NCBI GenBank assembly: GCA_963795855.1
Contig: CAWCIZ010000004.1
Location: 128,001 to 192,000 of the forward strand
Origin: Vulcanimicrobiota bacterium
Lineage (GTDB): Bacteria; Vulcanimicrobiota; Vulcanimicrobiia; Vulcanimicrobiales; Vulcanimicrobiaceae
Reading direction: 5' to 3'
DNA: 64,000 bases
A model generated the notes under the pieces. It made no database searches, had not been told where the DNA came from, and saw only the letters and a program-made list of their open reading frames with translations. Shown here one piece after another: positions 10,073 through 20,642 of this stretch. The position numbers and the translations under genes were made by a program. Within the stretch, counting starts at the first letter, position 1, and every line of letters starts with the position of its first letter.

Positions 10073-10774
10073 TTACCAAAATCGAAAGGCGAGATCGGCG
10101 TACTGGCGCGCGACGATCAGTGCGATGTATCCGAGCGCCACCGCCGTTAGCAGCACCTGCGCCGCATCGAATCCCACCCCCATGTATCCGCCGATCGCGT
10201 TCAGCGCGAAAACGGTAAGCCCGCGCCAGACGACGTACGAGACGATCGTGAGGATCGCCGTTGCGAGCGGATGGCGACGCGCGGCCTGCACGGACGCGGA
10301 GAAGACGCCGCCCGCGGGAATGCCGCCGATCGCGGCCGCGGGGATCGCGTAGATGAACGCCCACACCGCCAAGACGGTGAGCGCGAGCGAAACGTACGGG
10401 CCGCCGATGTTTCCAATCAATCCCGCGACGTAAATCAAGAAATAGAAACCGATGATCGCGAGCAGGATGTTACCAGCCTTCGCTTTACCTTGCTCCCATG
10501 CCGCGGGCAAGTTTCCGCGTCCATGGCGCCACGCGTCGTCGGCGAAGATGACGGCAAGCGCAAAGCCGAATCCGTAAACCAGCTGGATGACGAAGTTGAT
10601 TATCGGATCGCCTGCGCCGCCGATCGGATTGAACAGGGGAGCTTCGAGGTAACTCAAGCCGAGTCCGATGACCGCCGCGATGATCGGATAAAACAGTACG
10701 CCGGCGTTGCGCACGTACAGCGGCAACGCCTCGAAGTACAGTTTCCAATCCAGTCCGCTCGTCGGGCGGCGCAT
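10073..10774 (-). CDS. Hypothetical integral membrane protein (about 6 TM)
   Basis: Long hydrophobic segments; coupled downstream of mtnP. Confidence 0.7.
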   Translation of the reverse strand: MRRPTSGLDWKLYFEALPLYVRNAGVLFYPIIAAVIGLGLSYLEAPLFNPIGGAGDPIINFVIQLVYGFGFALAVIFADDAWRHGRGNLPAAWEQGKAKAGNILLAIIGFYFLIYVAGLIGNIGGPYVSLALTVLAVWAFIYAIPAAAIGGIPAGGVFSASVQAARRHPLATAILTIVSYVVWRGLTVFALNAIGGYMGVGFDAAQVLLTAVALGYIALIVARQYADLAFRFW

Positions 10775-10775
10775 C

Positions 10776-11582
10776 CTAGGCTCGTGCTCCTTGGAGCGCC
10801 GTCCGGCAAGTGCACTTCTGATCGACGTCGAGATGCTCGACGATTTTGAAGATGCCGTCCTTCACGCGCGCGTTGTTCTTGTTGAATACTTCGATGACTT
10901 CGTGATGCGAGACGGGCTGAATGCCCCCGACCCCCTCGAGGCCTACGTCGTAATCGGTTATCAGCGAGATGTTCACATAGCACATCTCCAGCTCGCGCGC
11001 CAGATACGCCTCGGGATATTGGGTCATGTTGATGACTTCCCATCCCATCGAAGAAAACCATCGGGACTCCGAGCGCGTCGAGAACCGCGGTCCTTGGATC
11101 ACCACGACTGTGCCGCGATCGTGCGTTTCGATGCCTAGCGCTCGCAGCTGTTCGAGGGCGACCGGGCGCATCGTCGGACAGTACGGATCGGCAAAGCTGA
11201 CGTGCGTGGTTATCGGTCCGTCGTAGAACGTGTCTTTTCGGCCGGACGTGCGGTCCACGATCTGATCCGCGACCACCATCGAGCCCGGCTTGAATTCGGG
11301 CGTGAGCGAACCGCAGGCGGTCGGCGCGATGATGCGCTTGACGCCCAGGGACTTCATCGCCCACAGGTTTGCGCGATAATTAATGGCGTGCGGCGGGTAG
11401 CGATGGTCTTTTGCGTGACGCGGCAGAAACGCGACGCGTTTTCCGGCGATTTCGCCGAGTGCCAATTTATCGCTGGGTGCGCCGTACGGCGTTTCGATCG
11501 GGACTTCCCGGGCGTTCTCGATGAGCGAATAGAACCCCGAACCGCCAAAAACGCCGATGTCGGCGCGCTCTTCTGTCTCCAT
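10776..11582 (-). CDS. mtnP: S-methyl-5'-thioadenosine phosphorylase
   Basis: IGVFGGSG, TPYGAPS, FLPRH, GPRFSTRSES, NMT, ITDYD motifs. Confidence 0.9.
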   Translation of the reverse strand: METEERADIGVFGGSGFYSLIENAREVPIETPYGAPSDKLALGEIAGKRVAFLPRHAKDHRYPPHAINYRANLWAMKSLGVKRIIAPTACGSLTPEFKPGSMVVADQIVDRTSGRKDTFYDGPITTHVSFADPYCPTMRPVALEQLRALGIETHDRGTVVVIQGPRFSTRSESRWFSSMGWEVINMTQYPEAYLARELEMCYVNISLITDYDVGLEGVGGIQPVSHHEVIEVFNKNNARVKDGIFKIVEHLDVDQKCTCRTALQGARA

Positions 11583-11626
11583 AAGGGGCGCTGGATTCTG
11601 GGAAAAGGCCGCCACCCCTCGAAGCA

Positions 11627-13261
11627 ATGCCTATGCTCAGGCGATTCGCCGGCGGCGTGCTCGCCGCAACCCTGCTCTTCACCGGATGCAGCCGCGTAGC
11701 GCAAAGCCCCGCACCGAACGGCCGGCATGCGTTCAGCGTGCCGCACGTTCTGCGAATCGCCGACATTTCGGATCCGGACAATCTAAACGAGTATCTGTCG
11801 ACGATGGATTTGGTGTATTTCCTCTCGTCCATGATCTACTCGTACCTCGTCGTTGCGGACGATCGGGGGCAACTCGAAGGCGATCTCGCGCTCGAGGTGC
11901 CGACGCTTGCAAACGGCGGCATTTCGCGCGACGGCAAGACGTACGTCTACCATTTGCGCCGGAACGTCCGCTGGCACGACGGCGCGCCGCTGACGTCCGC
12001 CGACGTGCGCTTTTCATGGCAAGCTGTCGTCAATCCGAACAACAACACGCTGCATCGCGAAGGCTACACGGAAATCGCCTCAATCGATACGCCGGATCCC
12101 TACACGGTCGTCGTACATTTGCGGCGCCGTTACCCACCGTTCGTGTCCAAATTTTTCACGCCGCTTCAGGAAGGCGGCAAGCCGATTCTGCCCGCGCACC
12201 TCCTGGCAAAATACCGCTCGATAAATCAAGTGCCGTTCAACTCCGCGCCGATCGGAAGCGGCCCGTTCCGGTTCGTGCGGTGGGAGCGTGGACGCAAGAT
12301 AGTTCTGGAACGGAATACCGCCTACTACAGAGGCGTTCCGAAGCTCGAGCGTATAGAATTGAACGTCATCCCGGAAGATCAAACGATTTTCAACGAAGTA
12401 AGACTGCATCATCTAGACCTCGTCGATTCGCCGCCCGTAACGATGTACGATAAATACCGCTCGCTGCAGGATGTCACGACGCAGCTGTACCCGTGGAACT
12501 CGCAGGCGTTGCTTATTATGAACGAAAGTCACCCCGGCTTGGACGACGTTCGCGTGCGGCGCGCCCTGGTACAGTCGATCGACTACGGCGCAATCATACA
12601 AAAACTCACGCACGGTTCGGGGGAACCGGCGTACGACATCATTCCGCCGACCGCGGTCGGTTACGTGAAAAATCCGCCGTACCAGTACGATCCAACTGCG
12701 GCCAATGCGACCCTCGAGCAAGCGGGCTACAAGATGGAGCCGGACGGCGTGCGCGCCAAGGGCAAGGTTCGGCTGGATTACACACTCGACATCATCGCCG
12801 GATCGGATTCGCTGCGGATGGTTGCGGTGCAACTGCAGGAGTATTTTCACGCAATCGGCGTCCGCCTTTCGATTAAGACCTGGGCGTACGACGAGATCTT
12901 CACGCCGGACGGCCCAATCTACGGCAACCGCTACGATTTCGCGACGTACGGCGTGACGCTCTCGTGGGATCCGGACATGCTGTATTATATCGGTTGCGAC
13001 TACTTCTATCCCAAGGGTGAAAACACGTACCGGTATTGCAATCGCCAAGTCGACGCGTTGGAGAAAGCGGGACTGGACACGGACGATCCGGCAAGCCGCG
13101 CGCGCGTCTATTTGCGAGCGGAGCCGCTGCTCTGGCAAACGGTTCCTTATATTCCGCTCTACGAGCGGCGCCGCATCGCGGTTCACTCTCCCGACCTGCG
13201 CAACTTCAAGGTGAATCCCAGCAGCACGCCGTGGTACAACATTTGGCAGTGGGACATTTGA
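11627..13261 (+). CDS. Peptide/nickel ABC transporter substrate-binding lipoprotein (family 5)
   Basis: Lipobox FTGC; LRRNVRWHDGAPLTSADVRFS family-5 signature; PIGSGPF. Confidence 0.88.
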   Translation: MPMLRRFAGGVLAATLLFTGCSRVAQSPAPNGRHAFSVPHVLRIADISDPDNLNEYLSTMDLVYFLSSMIYSYLVVADDRGQLEGDLALEVPTLANGGISRDGKTYVYHLRRNVRWHDGAPLTSADVRFSWQAVVNPNNNTLHREGYTEIASIDTPDPYTVVVHLRRRYPPFVSKFFTPLQEGGKPILPAHLLAKYRSINQVPFNSAPIGSGPFRFVRWERGRKIVLERNTAYYRGVPKLERIELNVIPEDQTIFNEVRLHHLDLVDSPPVTMYDKYRSLQDVTTQLYPWNSQALLIMNESHPGLDDVRVRRALVQSIDYGAIIQKLTHGSGEPAYDIIPPTAVGYVKNPPYQYDPTAANATLEQAGYKMEPDGVRAKGKVRLDYTLDIIAGSDSLRMVAVQLQEYFHAIGVRLSIKTWAYDEIFTPDGPIYGNRYDFATYGVTLSWDPDMLYYIGCDYFYPKGENTYRYCNRQVDALEKAGLDTDDPASRARVYLRAEPLLWQTVPYIPLYERRRIAVHSPDLRNFKVNPSSTPWYNIWQWDI

Positions 13262-14817
13262 ACGCGGCGGACCTCGACGTTTTGATCGTCGGCGCGGGCC
13301 CGGCCGGTCTGGCGACGGCGGCGGAGGCCGCCAGATTCGGCCTGAGATATCGCCTTATCGACAAAGCGTCGCACGGCGCGCAGCATTCCCAGGCGCTCGT
13401 CGTGCAAGCAAGAACGCTCGAACAATTCGAACGCTACGAAATCGCGCAGCGCGCCATCGAGCGCGGCAGACGGCTGCACCGCATCCGCATGTACAGCGAC
13501 GGGAAGCGGATGCTCGAGGCCTCCTTCGATGAAATCCCCGGCAGCTATCCGTTCGTACTGTTTTTGCCGCAGACGCAGACGGAGCAGCTGCTGACCGAAC
13601 ACTTAGAAGCCCAGGGCGGCCGCATCGAACGCCAAACGGCGTTGACTTCGTTCGAAGACCGAGCAGACCACGTTGAATGCGAATTGGCGAGCGCGGACGG
13701 CACGACCGAACGCGTAACCTGCGCCTACCTCGTCGGCGCGGACGGCGCGCATAGCACGGTGCGGAGCATCCTCGGCATGCCGTTCGAAGGGCGCTCGGTC
13801 GACTTCGATTTCTTTTTGGGCGACTTGCGCGTGCAGGGCGACGTGCCGGCGGACGAACTGAGCGTCCATCTTCATGCGGGAAACCTCGTGTTTCTCGGGC
13901 GTATGGACGACACGCACTGCCGCTTCATCGTCGCGCTGCACGACGATCCGATGCAGCGTGAACCGGCCGTCGAAGATTTTCAAGCGGCCATCGATCTCTG
14001 CGGCATCGAAAATCTGCGCGTGAGCGATCCGCGGTGGATGGCCGCATTTCACGTGAGCGAGCGCAAGACGCCCGCATATTCGAAGGGACGCGTATTTCTC
14101 GCGGGTGACGCCACGAATATCCACTCGCCGGTCGGCGGGCAAGGAATGAACACCGGCATTCAGGACGCCGCCAATTTGATTTGGAAGATCGCACTGGTCG
14201 AATCGGGGCGGGCCCGCCCGGAACTTCTGGAGTCGTATGACGCCGAACGCAAACCGATCAGCGACGCGCTGATGAACACGACGGCGGCCGCGCTTCGGGC
14301 GGCGACTTCGTCGAACTGGCTGCTCGAACGCTTTCGGGACGCACTGCTTTCGCGTATTGCGACGTTCGATTCCGTTCAGGACCGTTTACGCGGCGCAGTG
14401 TCCGAGATAGGCATATCGTATCGGCGCAGTCCGATCGTGCGCGATTGCGGCGGAGGCGCCGCGCTCCGCGCGGGCGATCGCGCACCCGATTGCGAGGCGA
14501 CGGATGAAGCAGGCACGCATTTCCGTCTGTTCGATTTGCTCAAGGAACCGATCCATACCGTCATCGCGGCCAAACCGGAGCCGGGAGCCGACTTGCATCG
14601 TCTCGCCGCGCTGCTCGCTAAGTATCGCGACGTCATGCAAGGCAGCGTCCTCGTCGACGGCGACGCGGATTTTCAGCAGCAGTACGTGCACGGCGGCAGC
14701 ATGCTGTATGCGGTGAGGCCTGACGGCTATATCGGATTTCGCGGCACGTGCGCCGACGTTCCCGCTCTGGAGGAATGGGCCGGCGAATTGTTCGTCAAAC
14801 ACGAGCTGCGCTCGTGA
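13258..14817 (+). CDS. FAD-dependent monooxygenase (PheA/TfdB-like)
   Basis: GAGPAGL, GADGAHS, GRVFLAGDA, GGQGMNTGIQDA, C-terminal RPDGY. Confidence 0.88.
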   Translation: MNAADLDVLIVGAGPAGLATAAEAARFGLRYRLIDKASHGAQHSQALVVQARTLEQFERYEIAQRAIERGRRLHRIRMYSDGKRMLEASFDEIPGSYPFVLFLPQTQTEQLLTEHLEAQGGRIERQTALTSFEDRADHVECELASADGTTERVTCAYLVGADGAHSTVRSILGMPFEGRSVDFDFFLGDLRVQGDVPADELSVHLHAGNLVFLGRMDDTHCRFIVALHDDPMQREPAVEDFQAAIDLCGIENLRVSDPRWMAAFHVSERKTPAYSKGRVFLAGDATNIHSPVGGQGMNTGIQDAANLIWKIALVESGRARPELLESYDAERKPISDALMNTTAAALRAATSSNWLLERFRDALLSRIATFDSVQDRLRGAVSEIGISYRRSPIVRDCGGGAALRAGDRAPDCEATDEAGTHFRLFDLLKEPIHTVIAAKPEPGADLHRLAALLAKYRDVMQGSVLVDGDADFQQQYVHGGSMLYAVRPDGYIGFRGTCADVPALEEWAGELFVKHELRS

Positions 14818-15281
14818 ACAAGTACGTCGAGTTTCATTTGGGCCGCACCATAACGTTATCGACGCTTTCGGAGATGCTCGTAGAGGTCGGCATCAAGCGT
14901 TTTCAGGGTTTCGTTCGTCTAAGCGAAATGGGTGAAGGGCGGTTCGTGCTGTCATTTCCGCGTTCCGGTTCGGCGGAAATTTCGCTGTTTTCGCTGATCC
15001 GTGAAAATCCGAGCCAGTTATATGCCGAGCGCAGCGTTGCGTTTCTCGGCGATTGGGTGCTCGAGGCGTACACGGCCGAAATTTGCCGGCGCACCGGCGC
15101 GTTGATATCTACCGAAGAGGACACGGCTTTGCACACTTCGCAGATGAAGCCGCACCCGACGTTCGCCGATTGGCTGCTCGCGGATCCGGCACGAGAAGCA
15201 ACGGCTGAGGAACTGTTCGCCCGCTATTCTCCTGCCGTGCCGCTGCCGCTTCGCGGCATCGTCAGCTTCCGCCACCGCTAG
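14814..15281 (+). CDS. Hypothetical protein
   Basis: GTG start overlapping the upstream stop (GTGA); fills the gap to a convergent gene. Confidence 0.55.
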   Translation: MNKYVEFHLGRTITLSTLSEMLVEVGIKRFQGFVRLSEMGEGRFVLSFPRSGSAEISLFSLIRENPSQLYAERSVAFLGDWVLEAYTAEICRRTGALISTEEDTALHTSQMKPHPTFADWLLADPAREATAEELFARYSPAVPLPLRGIVSFRHR

Positions 15282-15653
15282 AGCAGTTCGATCCGGTTGC
15301 CGAACGGATCGTGCACGAATGCGCGGATCGATCCGGACGCGTCATCCGTTTGGTACGCGATGCCGGCATGGCGCAAGCGGTCGAGCATCCCGGGCAAATC
15401 CGCGCAGCGCAACGCCGGATGTGCCTTGCGCGCCGGCCGAAAGTCGTCCTCGACGCCTAAGTGCAGCCGGACGTCGCCGGCCTCGAACCAGCAGCCGCCT
15501 CGCTTTGCGAGCCTGCGCAGGTTTCGGGACTTCGGTCATGCCGAGCACGCCGCAAAAGAACGCGCGCGCTTGCTCTTCACCGCCGGGCGGCATCGCGAGC
15601 TGAACGTGATCGATCGTGAGTAAGGCGGCTCGCGCACGGAGCCCGTCCTTCAA
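15278..15653 (-). CDS. Glyoxalase/VOC family protein; apparent +1 frameshift at about 15512
   Basis: IDHVQLAMP..EEQARAFF..VLGMTEVPKP, then in the shifted frame LAKRGGCWF...HLG...AHPA...DPFGNRIELL. Confidence 0.82.
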
Positions 15654-16123
15654 CGGTTGAAGTCCGACGGCTTGAGCTCTTCGATGAATTTTTTGAAGCG
15701 CTCGACTTCCGCGTCTTCGGTCTTTTTGTCGGGTACGGATTCTTCGAGCACGATATTGTCTGAGACGTAGATCGGCGCGCTCATCCGAAGCGCCAGTGCG
15801 ATGCCGTCCGAGGGACGGGCGTCGATCTCTTGGAGTTCGCCATTGGTGCGCACGACGAGCTTCGCAAAGAAGGTCGACTCGCGAATGTCGTGGATCACGA
15901 CCTGCTCGAGTCGAGCGTCGAGCGTTTCAAACACATTGCGCATCAGATCGTGCGTCAGCGGACGTGGAACGGGCGCACCTTCGAGCGCGAGCGCGATCGC
16001 GGTTGCTTCGAACGGACCGATGAGAATCGGCAAGAAGCGCTTGCCGTCAATGTCCTTTAGGATGACGACCGGGTCGTGAGTCAACAGATCGATGCCGAGC
16101 TTGTCGACCTTCATCTGGCGCAT
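15650..16123 (-). CDS. Bifunctional nuclease family protein (DUF151)
   Basis: LPILIGPFEATAI, PRPLTHDL, IDARPSDGIALA motifs. Confidence 0.9.
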   Translation of the reverse strand: MRQMKVDKLGIDLLTHDPVVILKDIDGKRFLPILIGPFEATAIALALEGAPVPRPLTHDLMRNVFETLDARLEQVVIHDIRESTFFAKLVVRTNGELQEIDARPSDGIALALRMSAPIYVSDNIVLEESVPDKKTEDAEVERFKKFIEELKPSDFNR

Positions 16124-16237
16124 GTGAGTCCTATCCTACGCACTCCACCGCTAATCATGCCTGAGGCACCAGCCGGGCCTGCCGAGCCGCCGAGCCAGGG
16201 TGCGTCGCACCCGCAGCCGAACGGAGCGCGGTTCATC

Positions 16238-17332
16238 ATGGCTCTTTCGTGCGGAATCGTCGGGTTGCCGAACGTCGGCAAGTCCACGATATTCAATGCG
16301 CTCACCCGTTCGGCACAGGCGTTGGCGGCAAACTATCCGTTCGCGACCATCGAACCCAACGTCGGCGAAGTGCCGGTGCCCGACGCGCGCCTCGCCGTCC
16401 TAGCCGATCTCGTCAATTCCAAACAGATCGTCCCCGCGACGATGCGGTTTGTGGACATCGCGGGGCTCGTGCGCGGCGCCAGCACCGGTCAAGGCCTCGG
16501 CAATGCCTTTCTAAGTCATATTCGCGAAACGGATGCGGTCGCTATGGTCGTGCGCTGCTTCGAAGACGAGAACGTCACGCACGTCGAAGGCGGCCCGGAC
16601 CCGCGCCGCGACATCGAAATCGTCGGCATCGAAATGGCGCTTGCGGATTTGGCTTCGCTGCAGAAGCGGCTCGACAAACTGGAGCGCGAGGCCCGGGCGA
16701 ATCCGAAGCTGCGATACAAAGTCGATGCAGCCAAGAGCCTCGTCAAAGCGCTGGAGGACAACGTTCCCGCGCGTACGTTCGCGAAAGAGTCGCCTGAAGC
16801 CGAGGTCGCCGCTGAGTCGTTCTTGCTGACCGCCAAACCGCTGCTCTACGTCGCCAACATCGACGAGGAGCAGATCCGCCGGCCGGGCCCGCTGCTGCAA
16901 AGCGTGCATGAGGCGGCGGCGGCGGACGGTAGCAGCGTGGTCGCCTTCTGCGGCAAGGTCGAGGCCGAACTGGCCGGGCTCTCGGAAGACGAGGCCGCAG
17001 AGTTCCGGGCTGAACTCGGGATCGAACGCGGCGGCCTCGACCAGCTCATCGTCTGCGCGTACGACCTGCTCGGCCTCATGACGTTCCTGACGGCGGGCGA
17101 AAAGGAAGTGCGCGCCTGGACCATCGGGCGCGGAACGAAGGCTCCGGCCGCCGCGGGAAAGATTCACAGCGATATCGAGCGCGGCTTCATCCGTGCCGAG
17201 ATCGTCGATTACGACGACTACGTCGCATGCAAGTCCATGGATGCGCTGCGCACTGCGGGTTTGGTGCGCAGCGAGGGAAAGGACTATGTAATGCGCGAGG
17301 GCGACGTCGTCAATTTCAAGTTTAACGTGTAG
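16238..17332 (+). CDS. ychF: Redox-regulated ATPase YchF
   Basis: GIVGLPNVGKST, ANYPFATIEPN, DIAGLV, GKIHSD, EGKDY...FKFNV. Confidence 0.96.
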   Translation: MALSCGIVGLPNVGKSTIFNALTRSAQALAANYPFATIEPNVGEVPVPDARLAVLADLVNSKQIVPATMRFVDIAGLVRGASTGQGLGNAFLSHIRETDAVAMVVRCFEDENVTHVEGGPDPRRDIEIVGIEMALADLASLQKRLDKLEREARANPKLRYKVDAAKSLVKALEDNVPARTFAKESPEAEVAAESFLLTAKPLLYVANIDEEQIRRPGPLLQSVHEAAAADGSSVVAFCGKVEAELAGLSEDEAAEFRAELGIERGGLDQLIVCAYDLLGLMTFLTAGEKEVRAWTIGRGTKAPAAAGKIHSDIERGFIRAEIVDYDDYVACKSMDALRTAGLVRSEGKDYVMREGDVVNFKFNV

Positions 17333-17433
17333 GAGGCGGGCGGCGCCTTGGGTGCGACTTTTGAACATAGGGGAACACTCGTGCAGGCCGTAACTCTCTC
17401 AAGTTTGGTTTCTGCTGGAGGCTCTACATCTCG

Positions 17434-18693
17434 ATGACCACTGCTGTGCGCGAAGTGTCCGTATTCGGAGACGCCATTACGTATTTCAACGAGGCTGCCG
17501 CGCTCCTGGAACTCGATTCCACCATGCGCGCGATCCTGACGCACCCCACCCGTCAGATCATCTTTTCGATTCCGTTCCAGCGCGACAACGGTGAATTCGA
17601 AGTCTACACGGGCTACCGTGTGCAGTACAGCTTTGCGCGCGGCCCGGCGAAGGGCGGCATCCGCTTCCACCCGGGGGTGACGCTCGACGAGGTAACGGCC
17701 CTTGCGTTCTGGATGACGTGGAAATGCGCGGTCGTCGATCTCCCGTTCGGCGGCGGCAAAGGCGGCGTCACCTGCGATCCGTCGAAACTTTCGCAAGGCG
17801 AGCTCGAGCGCATCACGCGCCGGTACGCCGCGGAGCTCGTCGAAGTGGTCGGACCGGACAAAGACGTCCCTGCGCCCGATGTGAACACGAATCCGCAAAC
17901 GATGGCGTGGTTCATGGACACGTATTCGATGCACGTTCGTCAGGCGGTGCCCGGCGTCGTCACCGGCAAACCCCTGTCGATTGGCGGCTCGAAGGGCCGC
18001 GTCGAGGCCACGGGCCGCGGTGTCATGATCTGTGGAATGGATGAACTGGAGAATCTCGGCGTCAAACCTGCGGACGCGCGCATCGTCATCCAAGGTTTCG
18101 GCAACGTCGGCCGCTGGGCCGCGGAACTTTTCCAACTGCGCGGCTGCAAAATCGTCGGCATCTCCGACGTGACCGGCGCTTACTACAACGAGAAAGGTAT
18201 CGACATCTCGCAAGCGGTCGCGCATACCGGCCGTTATCGCAATTTGGACGGATTCAAAGGCGGCGAGAAGATCAGCAACGCGGAATTGCTGGAGTCCGAC
18301 TGTGAAGTGCTCGTCCCTGCGGCGCTCGAGAAAGTCCTCACGGCCGAAAATGCCGGCAAGATCAAAGCGAAACTGATCGTCGAAGGCGCGAATGGTCCGA
18401 CTACGCCGGATGCGGATCGCATCTTCAACGAGCGCGGCATCGTGGTGATTCCCGACATCATGGCCAACGCAGGCGGCGTGACGGTGTCGTACTTCGAGTG
18501 GGTTCAGGATCGCATGGGCTACTTTTGGAAGCTGTCGGAAGTGAACGAACGGCTCGAAGATACGCTTATCACGAATTTCCACGAGCTGCGCGGCGTGTCG
18601 AACCGGCACAGAATTCCGTACCGGACGTCGGCATACATGATCGCGATCGATCGCGTCGTACAGGCCCTCAAACTGCGCGGCGTCTACGCCTAA
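17434..18693 (+). CDS. gdhA: Glu/Leu/Phe/Val dehydrogenase (glutamate dehydrogenase)
   Basis: GPAKGGIRF, PFGGGKGG, DVPAPDV, ATGRG, QGFGNVG, EGANGP, NAGGVTVSYFEW. Confidence 0.92.
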   Translation: MTTAVREVSVFGDAITYFNEAAALLELDSTMRAILTHPTRQIIFSIPFQRDNGEFEVYTGYRVQYSFARGPAKGGIRFHPGVTLDEVTALAFWMTWKCAVVDLPFGGGKGGVTCDPSKLSQGELERITRRYAAELVEVVGPDKDVPAPDVNTNPQTMAWFMDTYSMHVRQAVPGVVTGKPLSIGGSKGRVEATGRGVMICGMDELENLGVKPADARIVIQGFGNVGRWAAELFQLRGCKIVGISDVTGAYYNEKGIDISQAVAHTGRYRNLDGFKGGEKISNAELLESDCEVLVPAALEKVLTAENAGKIKAKLIVEGANGPTTPDADRIFNERGIVVIPDIMANAGGVTVSYFEWVQDRMGYFWKLSEVNERLEDTLITNFHELRGVSNRHRIPYRTSAYMIAIDRVVQALKLRGVYA

Positions 18694-18704
18694 CTTCCTA
18701 GCCG

Positions 18705-19025
18705 TTACGGCAGCGAACGCACTTCGGTAATCGGCTCGAGCGCAAGCCCGGCGTCTTTCCACGCGGCATAGCCGCCTTCGAGCGCCTCCGCGTTGACGTA
18801 TCCTCTTTCGCGCAGCGTCTGCGCGATGCGCGACGACGAGTTACCGCTGCCGCAATACAGAACGACGCGCTCGTCTTTTGCAAACGGCAGCGGATTCGCG
18901 TTTTCGAGAGCCTCGCCGCTATAGCGCTCCGAGCCGGGAATCTGCATGCCGTCCGGCGTCTTGCGGATGTCGACCAACCTGACGGGCCGGCCCGGCGTCT
19001 TTTTCAAGTCCTCGACGTTTGCCAT
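18705..19025 (-). CDS. Rhodanese-like domain protein
   Basis: VVLYCGSGNSS active-site loop, LEGGYAAW. Confidence 0.85.
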   Translation of the reverse strand: MANVEDLKKTPGRPVRLVDIRKTPDGMQIPGSERYSGEALENANPLPFAKDERVVLYCGSGNSSSRIAQTLRERGYVNAEALEGGYAAWKDAGLALEPITEVRSLP

Positions 19026-19032
19026 GACGTCG

Positions 19033-20624
19033 TTAAAAACCCGGCACGCGATATGGATCGTACGGATAGATCGTCGACACGTCGACGGGCGGAATCGTCA
19101 TACCGTATGCGGTGTCGGCTGTTTGTATGAAGAGATTGGCAACCAGTGCGTAGCCGACGGTCGAGGGATGCAGCCCGTCGAAGTCAGGATTCCGCCGCCC
19201 CAACGCAAGTCCGCAGTGTCGCCTTTCGAATCTACGGGGAAGACGTAGGGCGCAGTATTCGACTGCTGATACATCTGGTTGAAAGAAGCGTTGATCGGAA
19301 CGACGGGTGTCCCGGACGCTTGACCGACGGAATCGATGATTTGATTGTAACCCGCGTTCAGCTGCGCAACGCTTGCCGCGAACGAGTCCGTAAGATACGC
19401 GGGGCCCAAACCGCTCCCGGCGCCGCTCGGATCGAGTTGGCAGCTCGTGCCGGTGAAGTTGCCGCTCGTAACCAGGGTCAAGAGCGAGAAGAAGCCCGTT
19501 GCCGTGAGATAGCCGTTCGCGCCGACGCCGCATCCGGCAGGTTCCGGCTGCGCAAGCGCCGTCACGACGCCTTGCGCTTGCACCGGCGAAATCGCACCCT
19601 TCGAGAACGCCTGCAAGTAGTAGAAGACGCTCTGGCTCGGTGCCGGCTGCACGCCGCCCTGAAAGAAGCCGCCCGTTTCGAGCACGGTCGGAAGCTCCGC
19701 CACGATCACTTTCGACCCCGCGCCTTTGAGCTGCGCGACGATCGACGTCAAATCGGTTTGGAATTGCGCCGGCGTGTCGGTAATCGGCGAGCGCCCACCG
19801 CTTCCGGCGTACTTGAGCAAATCATTCGCTCCGAGCCACACCGTCGTGAGTTGCGGTTTCAGTGAAATCGCCACGCCGATTTGCGTGAGCGGCTGCACGG
19901 CTTTCGCGTATCCGCCGAGGACCGGATAAAAATTCGCGCTTTCCGAGTTCACGATCTCTTGCAGCGCGCCGGAGGTCGGATCGCCGGGTATTGCGGGATA
20001 TCCCGGGCATTGCAGGCCGCTAGGGGTGCTGACCGGTCCCGGCGGCGGACCGGTCAGCGGTGCCGTCATCGTTAGCGCTTCGTGCATCGTAATCCCCGGG
20101 ATGCCGAGATCGTAGACTTTGTTTGCAAGACTCGCGCGCACGCCGCCGAGCGTCGTAAGCGAATACGCCTGCTGATCGAACGTGTCGCAGTCCGGATGCG
20201 TCGTGAACAGCGTGCCGGTCGAACTGAGCAGCACTTGACCGCCGATGCCGGGCGACGCGATGAGAGGGAGCGGCGAGAGCGGTGCGTTGCCGAGCGCGGT
20301 ATCGACATTGTATTGCGCGGGATCGAGCGCGATGCCGTTTGCCTGCGCGAAGAAGAGAGCAAACCAGCCGTTCTCCTGCGTCGGCGGCACGAGGTTGCCC
20401 GGAAGCGGCGATAACGGATTTTGGCCCGGAGCGCCCATCGTCGTACCGGACTGTGTGCCGGCGGTCAGGCTGTCTCCGATGCCGACGATGTTCTGGGTGT
20501 ACGATCCGCCGGTCGTCGGCGGCGATGGCGTCAGCGATCCGCCGCTGTTCGTGTTGCCGCTGCCGCACGCGGTTACTGCGAGAATCGCCAGCGCCGCAAT
20601 CGCTCTATGAAAACGTTTAAGCAT
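19033..20624 (-). CDS. SGNH/GDSL hydrolase lipoprotein; apparent -1 frameshift at about 19183
   Basis: Lipobox VTAC, GIGDSLTAG (block I), WLGAND (block III); catalytic DGLHP (block V) lies in the shifted frame. Confidence 0.82.
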
Positions 20625-20642
20625 GTGTGGTAACCCCGTGCT